Of a DNA stretch of 62,022 nucleotides, positions 38,301 to 45,977 are shown piece after piece. Location: IMG/VR virus record IMGVR_UViG_3300033489_000001, positions 1-62,022 of that record; one strand, 5' to 3'. Within the stretch, counting starts at the first letter, position 1. Every line of letters begins with the position of its first letter. The position numbers and the translations under genes were made by a program. Under the pieces are notes generated by a model. It worked only from the letters and a program-made list of their open reading frames with translations, ran no database searches and was not told where the DNA came from. The DNA comes from a virus (taxonomy: Duplodnaviria; Heunggongvirae; Uroviricota; Caudoviricetes).

Positions 38301-38631
38301 AATCTATAGACTGTCCTACAATGGGGTCAGTATTATAGAAGTGCCGGTAGATCTCTCGTTTCTCACGAAGAGACTGAGGTAACTCTAAGAAATCAGTGGA
38401 TAATTGAGGAGAAAAGAACTGGCCTTGACTGGATAATGCCGTATTTCCCGCCCCAAAGCCTTCAAAACCCCCAAAATTAGCGAGACGTTGGATCCTCCTG
38501 GCTGCTTTCTCTTTAGGGGTTAAATTGCTGATCGGACCTTTCGCAATATAGGGAACATGCGAAGACCCCAATTGCGGAATATTAATCGCAGAATGAATTG
38601 AACGAGTATTTGTAAATTTAGCCATCATCAC
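35329..38631 (-). CDS. Portal protein containing an intein
   Basis: Portal-like segments YRHFYNTDPIVGQSIDLHTELP, GQSILDR/CLR..., GLGVTESLLSGE; lies downstream of the terminase. Confidence 0.8.
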   Translation of the reverse strand: MMMAKFTNTRSIHSAINIPQLGSSHVPYIAKGPISNLTPKEKAARRIQRLANFGGFEGFGAGNTALSSQGQFFSPQLSTDFLELPQSLREKREIYRHFYNTDPIVGQSIDLHTELPLSKVRLAIPKPITCPKGFKDPHDYAEYILWFFTGMCKRIKLFQRLVTMVHHYWLDGGVFCWAEDSTVDVPADLGYEKKQNGVKSVITDEGEAKEEPGVDLVRSEDYEDQELAYYQKHYKGWDRLIVLPIDQVKITTYSFTDKMRIELIPADKDRALINQAKAGDAFAEEMVEEIPEEVREHLEQGKLIPLGTDPDEGSFCYYMSGRKGAGEDLGQSILDRCHLPGTLILIKREGLIQQVPIEELDPDTDFVLSASGHWCEFEIGVRKISELVSLLNISKVYPPIGCTRDHKYQVLRKGTLVDVLAENIRSGDCLQVPQVPLSESITEFDLADFIDGASSVYTAKRSGNSSVLNLRVVEKDENNFTVKYQRDETNPKKLGRLEDLNELLAWAETIDSPVQMRSAQVCEKFGLKSITLKELRYDLIQLGYGVTVTKGKQIIFPPNLNKIRVSSEVNFEQTFPRWLKLDSDLGYLLGYFLGDGYITKVTLGELFNLVYSEKESLSVLSMGHIWPVLEKLGAKWRDSVSSSSMHLVAYCHDVFARWVSSNFGYNGDDKHLPEWIYDAPQEFLYGLLRGFVDSDGDVIVKKWGCISVRLSNSNLILADQLLLLCLSLGIPASKTKPTKSRWVKQPNGTLAWAKPSYSIHFSHAPTVRNFFDSGFLAKKENPIVWKDGKSGSRHVLYNNRLYYRVSKVNEAHHEGLIYSLNVHEDHTFFASWVATRNCLRVLMYRDKLRQAQTQIASRAMTPKRIVWADRISEMDVLDLREQVDLALVDPDYSIVTNYEVHWEEMGARDRLLDLASEYEITDKQLYSGLGVTESLLSGETLYAGDRLKLEVINTRYLFLREMVQEYVETYLFEPVARRKGFVEKNAWGEEVVLFPRLSFTRLPLRDSQDTYDALFNLYQKGSIDITVLLELFNIDADDTRVRLEKDLFTVNDALFNEVLRGIYSSVAQKIVDETNVGDRIIQALKLKVLPKKEEDPESRY
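36121..37623 (-). mobile_element. Intein (~501 aa) with LAGLIDADG endonuclease in the portal
   Basis: Starts CHLPGTLI; contains CTRDH, LGYFLGDG and LRGFVDSDG; ends ATRN followed by extein Cys. Confidence 0.88.
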
Positions 38632-39028
38632 TGTCCGAAGAGGTTTCTGTAAGAGCCTCTTCTATATAACCTTGAATCAAAGATTCCATAGGGCTCCCAG
38701 CCTCTACCAATGGAGCTTTCTCTTGCTTCTCTAAAGGTGCCGGTCTTTCAATCACCTTTTCAGGTAAAAGCTTTAATATTCGAGCTGTTCGATCATTCCG
38801 CCGCAAAATCTGTTCAACAGCCCCAGCAAATTTGGTCACGGTATTAGCGTAAGTTATATAAATTGCAGTACTATCGTCTGAAGGAGCCCTCCTAGCACGC
38901 TGATACAAAGAACGCGCCAAATGATGCAATCTAACACCTCTGACACGAATCTCAGTCTGAAGAGAAGAAATCTCCGAAAAGACCTCTTCAGAAGACATGT
39001 GATCAGGATTTTGTAAGATAACGGTCAT
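38618..39028 (-). CDS. Hypothetical helical protein
   Basis: Co-oriented ORF within the head operon. Confidence 0.55.
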   Translation of the reverse strand: MTVILQNPDHMSSEEVFSEISSLQTEIRVRGVRLHHLARSLYQRARRAPSDDSTAIYITYANTVTKFAGAVEQILRRNDRTARILKLLPEKVIERPAPLEKQEKAPLVEAGSPMESLIQGYIEEALTETSSDSDDG

Positions 39029-39033
39029 TTATA

Positions 39034-39576
39034 TCAGAGATTCGTTTGTATGTTTAAAAAGAATTGATTGATCGCCATAGGGGCTTGAATCACAAAACCT
39101 GTAAAGAAGTTAGTTGGGACCTCTTTTTCCTTGGTCCAAAGACCTCTTAAAGAAAAATACAGAGGATCTTTAGGAGCATACACCAATGGAACGAGAGGCC
39201 CACCGCCTATCCGTGAAGCATACGTGTACTTCTCATATGAAGAAGTTGAGATAACAGCATTCCCGGCCAACATCACACCAGTATTGTAGACAAGCTGGTT
39301 TTGAGTTGAACTTACATATTGATCCGCTGATTCATCCGACCCCCAAATCATGAGCCCACCATAAAGCCCATTTGAGTAACTAACTACTGGGAGTTCATTG
39401 TCTGAATCAATCCATTGAACGCCTTGCCCCCCTGGCCAACCTCCAGCAATCATAACGTCATCAATCTCAACAATATGGGTATCTCCTTTACCAAAAACCA
39501 CGCAATCCCGACCTCGAATTATGTCTAATCCTTTGAAATCAATTTGGAACGAACCTGATGGAGGAGGAAAAGGCAT
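39034..39576 (-). CDS. Decoration-like virion protein, paralog 3
   Basis: Shared GWxGGQ...YGG...WGSxE..DQ...EKYT...FSxRGxWT. Confidence 0.6.
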   Translation of the reverse strand: MPFPPPSGSFQIDFKGLDIIRGRDCVVFGKGDTHIVEIDDVMIAGGWPGGQGVQWIDSDNELPVVSYSNGLYGGLMIWGSDESADQYVSSTQNQLVYNTGVMLAGNAVISTSSYEKYTYASRIGGGPLVPLVYAPKDPLYFSLRGLWTKEKEVPTNFFTGFVIQAPMAINQFFLNIQTNL

Positions 39577-39578
39577 AA

Positions 39579-40106
39579 TTAAATCGCCGTTTGAATTGTT
39601 AGATAATAATTGTTTTCAGGCCCTGGAGCCTGAACAACTGAACCAACAAAAAAGTTGTTTGGCGCTCTAAGATCTCCTGAGATTGTCCACTCATCAAAAG
39701 GCGCAAGTTGAGAGGTCCACAAACCTCTGTTTGAAAAAGTCAATCGTTGCCCAACCGTATAAACATTGGGAACTAGAGGCGGAAGAATTCTCGACTGTAA
39801 TGTATATTTTTCATACGCAATAGTTGAAATAATCCAAGTCCCAGTACACGCTAAGCCAAACCCATATTTAGGTTGGTTATCTGTGTAAGCTGAAAACTGA
39901 TCCGCTTGTTCAGAACTCCCCCAAAGGAGAAAACCACCATATGTCCCATCGGAGAAGGTAGCTAAAAAGTTAGCATCAGGAGAAGGGATCCAAGTCACAC
40001 CCTGCCCTCCAACCCAACCTGCTTGTAGCATAGCCGCATCAAGCATGACAGGAATAGTCAAGTCTTTCACAAAGACAATAACATCTCTCGTGCGTGAGAC
40101 TTCCAT
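39579..40106 (-). CDS. Decoration-like virion protein, paralog 2
   Basis: Same motifs as the flanking paralogs. Confidence 0.6.
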   Translation of the reverse strand: MEVSRTRDVIVFVKDLTIPVMLDAAMLQAGWVGGQGVTWIPSPDANFLATFSDGTYGGFLLWGSSEQADQFSAYTDNQPKYGFGLACTGTWIISTIAYEKYTLQSRILPPLVPNVYTVGQRLTFSNRGLWTSQLAPFDEWTISGDLRAPNNFFVGSVVQAPGPENNYYLTIQTAI

Positions 40107-40115
40107 TAGTTACCT

Positions 40116-40637
40116 TTAAATACTCACTTGAATTGTCATATAGCCATTTCGTTCCGGAGTTGGACGTTGCGCTACAAAACCGACAAAATAATTGTTAGGT
40201 GCCCTAAGATCTCCAGACAATGTCCATTCGTCTTCTGAAGTCCAAAACCCCCTCAAACTGAAGACCAATCTATCGCTTGCATAATAAATTATCGGAACAA
40301 GAGGCCCCCCTCCTATACGAGAAACATAGGTGTACTTTTCAAAAGCTGTAGTGCCTATAAGCCAACCGCCCGCTCCAAGCGTGACATACTTATATGCTGG
40401 TTGGTTTCGAGTCATACTTGTAAATTGATCAGAAGACTCTGACGAACCCCACAAAGCAAACCCTCCATATAAACCATCAGAGAGGTCAGCAAGCATTTGG
40501 TCTTCTGTTGAGGGGACCCATTGAAAACACTGCCCACCTTGCCAACCTAAGGTTGCAGCTCTGTCCGTAACTGCAACGGTGAAAGTTGCGCCTTTATTGA
40601 ATATAATTACGTCACGTGTGCGAAGAATTTCTGGCAC
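40116..40637 (-). CDS. Decoration-like virion protein, paralog 1
   Basis: Same motifs as the downstream paralogs. Confidence 0.6.
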   Translation of the reverse strand: MPEILRTRDVIIFNKGATFTVAVTDRAATLGWQGGQCFQWVPSTEDQMLADLSDGLYGGFALWGSSESSDQFTSMTRNQPAYKYVTLGAGGWLIGTTAFEKYTYVSRIGGGPLVPIIYYASDRLVFSLRGFWTSEDEWTLSGDLRAPNNYFVGFVAQRPTPERNGYMTIQVSI

Positions 40638-40647
40638 TCTAATTTCC

Positions 40648-40908
40648 TTAGACCAAGTTATCCGATTCTTTCTTGCGCTCCGGCATCTGGCCCCATCCGG
40701 TAATGATTGTCTTGAGAAGTTCTATCTGAACCTGATCTCCGTCCGCGAACTTTTCCCAAGAACCCCCGCACCTTCGGAATACCGATCGCAAAGCTAGATA
40801 ATCTCGAGGTTCTATCAACATATCTTCAGAGATCATATGTTGAACCATTTGGCAGATAACTTTGTTCGCAAATATTTTTGGTGGTTGTAAAATTTCGCTC
40901 ATAAACAC
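40648..40908 (-). CDS. Small hypothetical protein
   Basis: Directly follows the terminase. Confidence 0.5.
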   Translation of the reverse strand: MFMSEILQPPKIFANKVICQMVQHMISEDMLIEPRDYLALRSVFRRCGGSWEKFADGDQVQIELLKTIITGWGQMPERKKESDNLV

Positions 40909-42963
40909 TCACCTGGCTCTCATTCTCAATTTAAGTCCAAGATTCCTGGGTAAAGTACGTTGTGAAAAGCCTCCGTGTTTTAGCGCTCGCATTGTTTGAT
41001 AATGCCCTACGGTCATTCTTACTCCAGGATTAACATAAGAATTTTCACTCGGGCCATAAATATGCTTCTCATTACGCATACGTTCGGAAGTCAGCCATAC
41101 CGAACGCACATAAGCGTCACCACGGTCATCATGGTGCCCAATTGTTTGTGGGGCAGAAACGACAACGATGTTTCGAGACATTTGTTGCGCCTGTAGCTCT
41201 AAAAGTTCGGTGACGAAAGTAGAATGCTTAGCACCTTGCCCTACCGGAAAATCGTACAAACGCAGACTCTTATCGAACATTAACATTTTGGTGTTTTGAT
41301 AAATACGGGAAGATAATTCTCGCTGGAAATACTCGCTCTTAAATTGTGTCAGACCTTTCTTTAAAAGGGCCTGTTCCAAAGGAATGCCGTTCCATCTATC
41401 AAACAAACCATCCGTTATATGAAAACGTTTTGTGAGCGTCCAGATGCAATTAGCAATCTCATCAAAATCCAAACGTTCTACATTGCCCAGAAGTTTACAA
41501 TAGTCCGTTGTAAAATGATTTCCTAGATGAGGATTGGATACACGCCAATCTATACCCGCCTGCCAATACTCGTGATAAACTAAAATAATTTTCCCACCCA
41601 CGGCACAAGTAATTACAATAGCTGTACCGTCTCCCATCAACCCAATATCAATCCCCATTTGATAGGGATACCTTGGAGTTCCAATTAGTAGGGGGCGTAG
41701 ATTAGGATCTACACATTCCATTAAATCCACTTCACGCTCAATCCATCCTCTAACACGATCAGAGAACTGAGCCCCGTGTTCTGTCATGAATACGGCAGGA
41801 TCAGCGTGATATTTTTGTACGTAGTAAGAAGCAGGGAGGGTTGGATTTATTTCCCAAGTCGGCGCTTGAATTGCTAAGATGTTTTCTGACCCCGGTCCCC
41901 GGCTCATTGCCAAATGAAATAGGTCGTAAAACTTGCCACTCTTGTTTAGCGGAGACGAAATTGTAATGACCCGTGACTCAACGGGGTAGGTCTCTCCGCT
42001 TGATTTCTTCATAGGCATACCATCCTCTCCCTTAGGAGAGAAAGCAGCCGTAGAAGGCGTTACAGCGTCATAGATGTCTTTAGCCGATGACTGGCCCTGG
42101 TCTTGATAGTGGGCCATCTCATCCATGATGACCACGATATTACCAGAACCACGTAAACCTTTCGCAATGCAACTCTTGAAAGTTACACGTAATGTGGCCT
42201 TGCCGTTGAAGCTGACAAACTTACCGTTTTGATGCCGCGCGGTCGGACCAAACCGTTCAATATCATAGGGAGTTCTAAATTGAATATGCGATTGCGTATT
42301 GTTCGCAATGTGAGACCTGAAATACTCACACTTCGCTAAGTGAGTAGTCACCTCATTAAAAAGAATACCCGCCTGATCCTTGTCCGTAGCTACCGAAATG
42401 ATTTGAATACGGTTCCCGTTAGGCAAGCCGTAGTACTGTTGCGGGTTATATAAGTTCAGTAAACGATAGACTTCATAAGATGCGAAGATGCCGGACAAAC
42501 TAGTCTTTCCACTGCGTCTACCGAGAGCAAGAACAAGTTCACGTCGTTCGTGATCTTGTTCATTGATGTTGCAACGACCCTCACTGTAAAGATATTGAAG
42601 GTATTCTCTTTCTGTGAAACGATAAAGAACCTTGGACGCAAACATATCAGGAACGTCAATAGTCTTTACATGTTCCTCTAGAGGGATACCGTAGTAGAGC
42701 TTAACGATGAACCGTTGGGCGGGGAACAACTTCATCGCCAAACCCCACGATTGCTCAATGTACTCTAAAATATTAAAGATACGAGGTTGAAACGGACGAA
42801 CCTCGTCAACAACAAGCTCCCCCGGATTAAGAATAGCTTCTACTTGTTGTTGATCTAAATCAAGTTGCCTTTGTTTTTGCTCAACAGCTAGCTTAGCCCG
42901 AGTACCTGCATCTCGGATAAGCGCTGAAATTCCTCCTCCATAATTCTTCCGTATTGCCGCCAC
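40909..42963 (-). CDS. terL: Terminase large subunit
   Basis: Walker A LGRRSGKT; Walker B VIMDE; coupling motif ISSP; nuclease motifs MGIDIG and HDDRGDA. Confidence 0.9.
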   Translation of the reverse strand: MAAIRKNYGGGISALIRDAGTRAKLAVEQKQRQLDLDQQQVEAILNPGELVVDEVRPFQPRIFNILEYIEQSWGLAMKLFPAQRFIVKLYYGIPLEEHVKTIDVPDMFASKVLYRFTEREYLQYLYSEGRCNINEQDHERRELVLALGRRSGKTSLSGIFASYEVYRLLNLYNPQQYYGLPNGNRIQIISVATDKDQAGILFNEVTTHLAKCEYFRSHIANNTQSHIQFRTPYDIERFGPTARHQNGKFVSFNGKATLRVTFKSCIAKGLRGSGNIVVIMDEMAHYQDQGQSSAKDIYDAVTPSTAAFSPKGEDGMPMKKSSGETYPVESRVITISSPLNKSGKFYDLFHLAMSRGPGSENILAIQAPTWEINPTLPASYYVQKYHADPAVFMTEHGAQFSDRVRGWIEREVDLMECVDPNLRPLLIGTPRYPYQMGIDIGLMGDGTAIVITCAVGGKIILVYHEYWQAGIDWRVSNPHLGNHFTTDYCKLLGNVERLDFDEIANCIWTLTKRFHITDGLFDRWNGIPLEQALLKKGLTQFKSEYFQRELSSRIYQNTKMLMFDKSLRLYDFPVGQGAKHSTFVTELLELQAQQMSRNIVVVSAPQTIGHHDDRGDAYVRSVWLTSERMRNEKHIYGPSENSYVNPGVRMTVGHYQTMRALKHGGFSQRTLPRNLGLKLRMRAR

Positions 42964-42967
42964 ATAA

Positions 42968-43591
42968 TCACCGAACTAAATCTGCTGCCTTAGCTTCCCA
43001 ACCATCTAACTCGGTCTGAAGACGATTAAAAAACAAATCAAGTTCTTCAGGGCTTAAAGTTTCTTCAGCTACACTACGAATAGCCTCAATCCACAGCTTG
43101 AAGATTTTCTGAAACTTCTCCCCATAGACATTTATCTGCTCAAATCCGATTTTCCGCATCTCCATTTCGATGTCGGCAATCTTCTTAAGAGCATCAATGC
43201 GGCGTCCCGAAACCGCAGTTATATCCTTCCCCATTTGTTCAAGAAGAAGCCGCTGGTACCCCAAAGAAGCTGCTTCACGTGCAACCTCAGACTTGAGCGT
43301 AACTAGAAGTGCAATAGGATCCCCCCCGGAGGCACTCTTAACTACGGAGTCATTTTTAATAAAATCTGTTCGTTCCTCAAGGGTCTCTTCGTAGTACTTT
43401 ATATCCTCTGCGGTTGGTTTATTGAATCTACTACCAGGAGGACGAGTACGAGTTCCAGCCGCCCTTCCACCTGAATCCGCCGTTGCCCCTCCAGGCATGA
43501 ACAACAACTTAGTGGCTTGACGAGGAATCTCCGGTGGCTTCTCAGGAGGATTGTCCAATAGTAAATCACCTTGTTTGTCTAATGCGTTCAT
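42968..43591 (-). CDS. Possible terminase small subunit
   Basis: Helical protein immediately upstream of terL; call is positional only. Confidence 0.4.
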   Translation of the reverse strand: MNALDKQGDLLLDNPPEKPPEIPRQATKLLFMPGGATADSGGRAAGTRTRPPGSRFNKPTAEDIKYYEETLEERTDFIKNDSVVKSASGGDPIALLVTLKSEVAREAASLGYQRLLLEQMGKDITAVSGRRIDALKKIADIEMEMRKIGFEQINVYGEKFQKIFKLWIEAIRSVAEETLSPEELDLFFNRLQTELDGWEAKAADLVR

Positions 43592-43599
43592 AATTGACT

Positions 43600-44061
43600 T
43601 TACCCCCCTACCGGCGGAGTATCTCCGCCCCCTTGTGTCTCGATAAGGTACTGACTCAGGTCACTGACCGTTTCGTACCCTTTGTCCTTCGGGATTTGCT
43701 TGTTTATAGCCTTACCCATGTCTTGGTAATCAGTGCTATCTCCCGGCCAACCTTTGTTAACATAATCAAGAACGTTCACATTTTTTGGTAGTGGCTTGAA
43801 TACATCTTGAGGACGTAAATCCCTCCGATTTGGCTTTAGGCTTTCAGGGGTAACTTCTTCGGTCTTCGCATAGTCTTTAACCGTTTCACGTGAAAACCCT
43901 TTAGGTTTATTGATAGGGGTAACCAATTCCTTAGTCTCCCTACGAGCCCCCGAAGGCTGATCAGCCAACCGCTGAAAGCGAGCTGCTACACGTAATACCG
44001 CTATAAATTTGTCCAAGAAACAGTTTCCTTTTCCTCTAGAGATTAACTTTTCCCGTTCCAA
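43600..44061 (-). CDS. Hypothetical protein with RVAARF tag-like motif near the N-terminus (start uncertain)
   Basis: VLRVAARFQRLADQP. Confidence 0.5.
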   Translation of the reverse strand: MEREKLISRGKGNCFLDKFIAVLRVAARFQRLADQPSGARRETKELVTPINKPKGFSRETVKDYAKTEEVTPESLKPNRRDLRPQDVFKPLPKNVNVLDYVNKGWPGDSTDYQDMGKAINKQIPKDKGYETVSDLSQYLIETQGGGDTPPVGG

Positions 44062-45976
44062 ATTGAATCGTTGTAGGATTGGAAACCGAAGCTTCTTTCA
44101 CTTCAACGTTCATTGGATTCTGCATCTGAAACTCAGCTAATGTTGAAGCAGCATTATTGACTAACGAAGCGTATGAGACATTCGTTGAATTTCCTGACGC
44201 AAGAACCTCTCGCTGTTGAGCTACCTTATCCACATAAGGAGGTTCATCTACCAACGCCTTGTTTATCTTTGAACAAAATCCGTTACGAGTTTGATGAACA
44301 CAACTTCCGCATTTATCCCCTTGCTTAACGTAACCAACAAGGCGGGTTCTATGTAAACGGGCAGCCTCATCGCATCCTTGCCCGTAATCACCATAAACAG
44401 AGGGGTCTACATAGAAGATCCCTTGTAGCCCCTGCTCAGCAAGAATCGGCCGAAGTTCGTTCGTTGCCGCAACAAGATCCCGAACCTCAAAACGAGTCTT
44501 GAGAGCCGTTAAAAGGTCCTGACCATATAAACCCTCATTCATGTAACGGGATGCTTGTTTAGCAAGGTCCCGGCGCGTCAAGCTGCTAGCTACATGCTCC
44601 ACCGTCTGTCCATGAAAGCCCTGCATAAAGCCCATGCGAGCGGGAGCCACTTGCGGTAATGAAGCTCCCTTAGTAGCCTCATGAATAGCCCTGAGCGCCT
44701 TTCCGGGCGTCTCTCCCCAACTTGCAAGCTTATCCCACGGCTGCAAACGCCCGGCCGTCTGATGCTCTAAAAGAACGGCTTCCACCGTAGCCTCTGTGAG
44801 GATATCAGCCACCTTCTTTATAAGGGGCTTCCCATAAAGTAGACAGCGGGTCTTATTATAGATACACGATCCGCACTTCTCCCCGGCCACAATCGCTCGA
44901 ACGCTGGGGTTGTGCTTGGCAAGGAGGTCAGCCCCCTTATGGCAATCATCAAAACTGGCTTGTTTTGTATAGATAACTCCGTACAAACCAACCTCATCAA
45001 AAGTCGGTTTCCAATACGCTTGAGATCTGATCAAAACATCTGTGTTAAACGCCAACTTTAGCGATTTAACTAAATCAGAACGAGTAAGCCCTTTAACCAT
45101 TTCATGATGTAAAAAAGCTTCGACAGCTTTTCCTTCTAACATTCGTGAGTCCAAAGCTGCCTGCTTTGAATTAACAAGAGAGACTGCCTGCTTGCCTATA
45201 CCTGGCCCCTCGTAAACATCAGGAGAAACGTTTGCATGAGGGGCAAGAAAAGCTAATTGGATACGTTCCTTTGGACTAGAAGTTGAAGCCTGAACCACAC
45301 GTCCTCTAGCCGCTTGTTCAGCCTCTACTTTTGCAGCTAAAGACTCTGAGTAAGGAACCTCAACTTTGATCTCTTTATGAAAAACTCCGCAATGGGAGCA
45401 ACCAGAAGATTTCGTAGCACAAGCGCATCCGGTACATGCTTCTTTTGCCAAAACGAATTTGGCCTCGCTCGCATATTTACGAACGAAATCAGCGGAAACA
45501 CCACCTTGAGCACAATGAGAGAAATCTGATGCAGAAACATAAAGGCCACCAAGTAATCCTCGTTCCTTTAGGACTTCTGCTAAAACTGTTCGATTTTCGC
45601 GAAGAGGTTCGAGCCCAAATCGTTTTACCAACTCATCACGAAAGCGATCAACATTTGAGGAGCGCATCAACGCAAAACGAGCAACCTTGCGGATCTCTTC
45701 CGCTTGAACACGAAGCTTCCCGTATGCTTGTGACATATCTCCCATAGTCTTTGGATCCTTAATCCCAGGAGTCACCACAGTAACAACGTTAGGAATCAGA
45801 TAGGTAGTAGGAGACTCCCCTTCACGATTCCATAAAGCTTCAAGATCAGGTTGAACGTCAAGATTCTGCTTAGGTAGAGTATCCAGTTCCCGATACTCTT
45901 TTTCATCTACGTCAAGCCAATCAAAATTAGCAACGGAGGCGTCTTTAATAAAATTGCTGAGATCTAGTTCAGACAT
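44036..45976 (-). CDS. Protein with three Cys-rich repeats (metal-binding), putative virion protein
   Basis: Three copies of GLxGxxY...C...CxxC...C. Confidence 0.6.
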   Translation of the reverse strand: MSELDLSNFIKDASVANFDWLDVDEKEYRELDTLPKQNLDVQPDLEALWNREGESPTTYLIPNVVTVVTPGIKDPKTMGDMSQAYGKLRVQAEEIRKVARFALMRSSNVDRFRDELVKRFGLEPLRENRTVLAEVLKERGLLGGLYVSASDFSHCAQGGVSADFVRKYASEAKFVLAKEACTGCACATKSSGCSHCGVFHKEIKVEVPYSESLAAKVEAEQAARGRVVQASTSSPKERIQLAFLAPHANVSPDVYEGPGIGKQAVSLVNSKQAALDSRMLEGKAVEAFLHHEMVKGLTRSDLVKSLKLAFNTDVLIRSQAYWKPTFDEVGLYGVIYTKQASFDDCHKGADLLAKHNPSVRAIVAGEKCGSCIYNKTRCLLYGKPLIKKVADILTEATVEAVLLEHQTAGRLQPWDKLASWGETPGKALRAIHEATKGASLPQVAPARMGFMQGFHGQTVEHVASSLTRRDLAKQASRYMNEGLYGQDLLTALKTRFEVRDLVAATNELRPILAEQGLQGIFYVDPSVYGDYGQGCDEAARLHRTRLVGYVKQGDKCGSCVHQTRNGFCSKINKALVDEPPYVDKVAQQREVLASGNSTNVSYASLVNNAASTLAEFQMQNPMNVEVKEASVSNPTTIQFGTGKVNL

Positions 45977-45977
45977 A

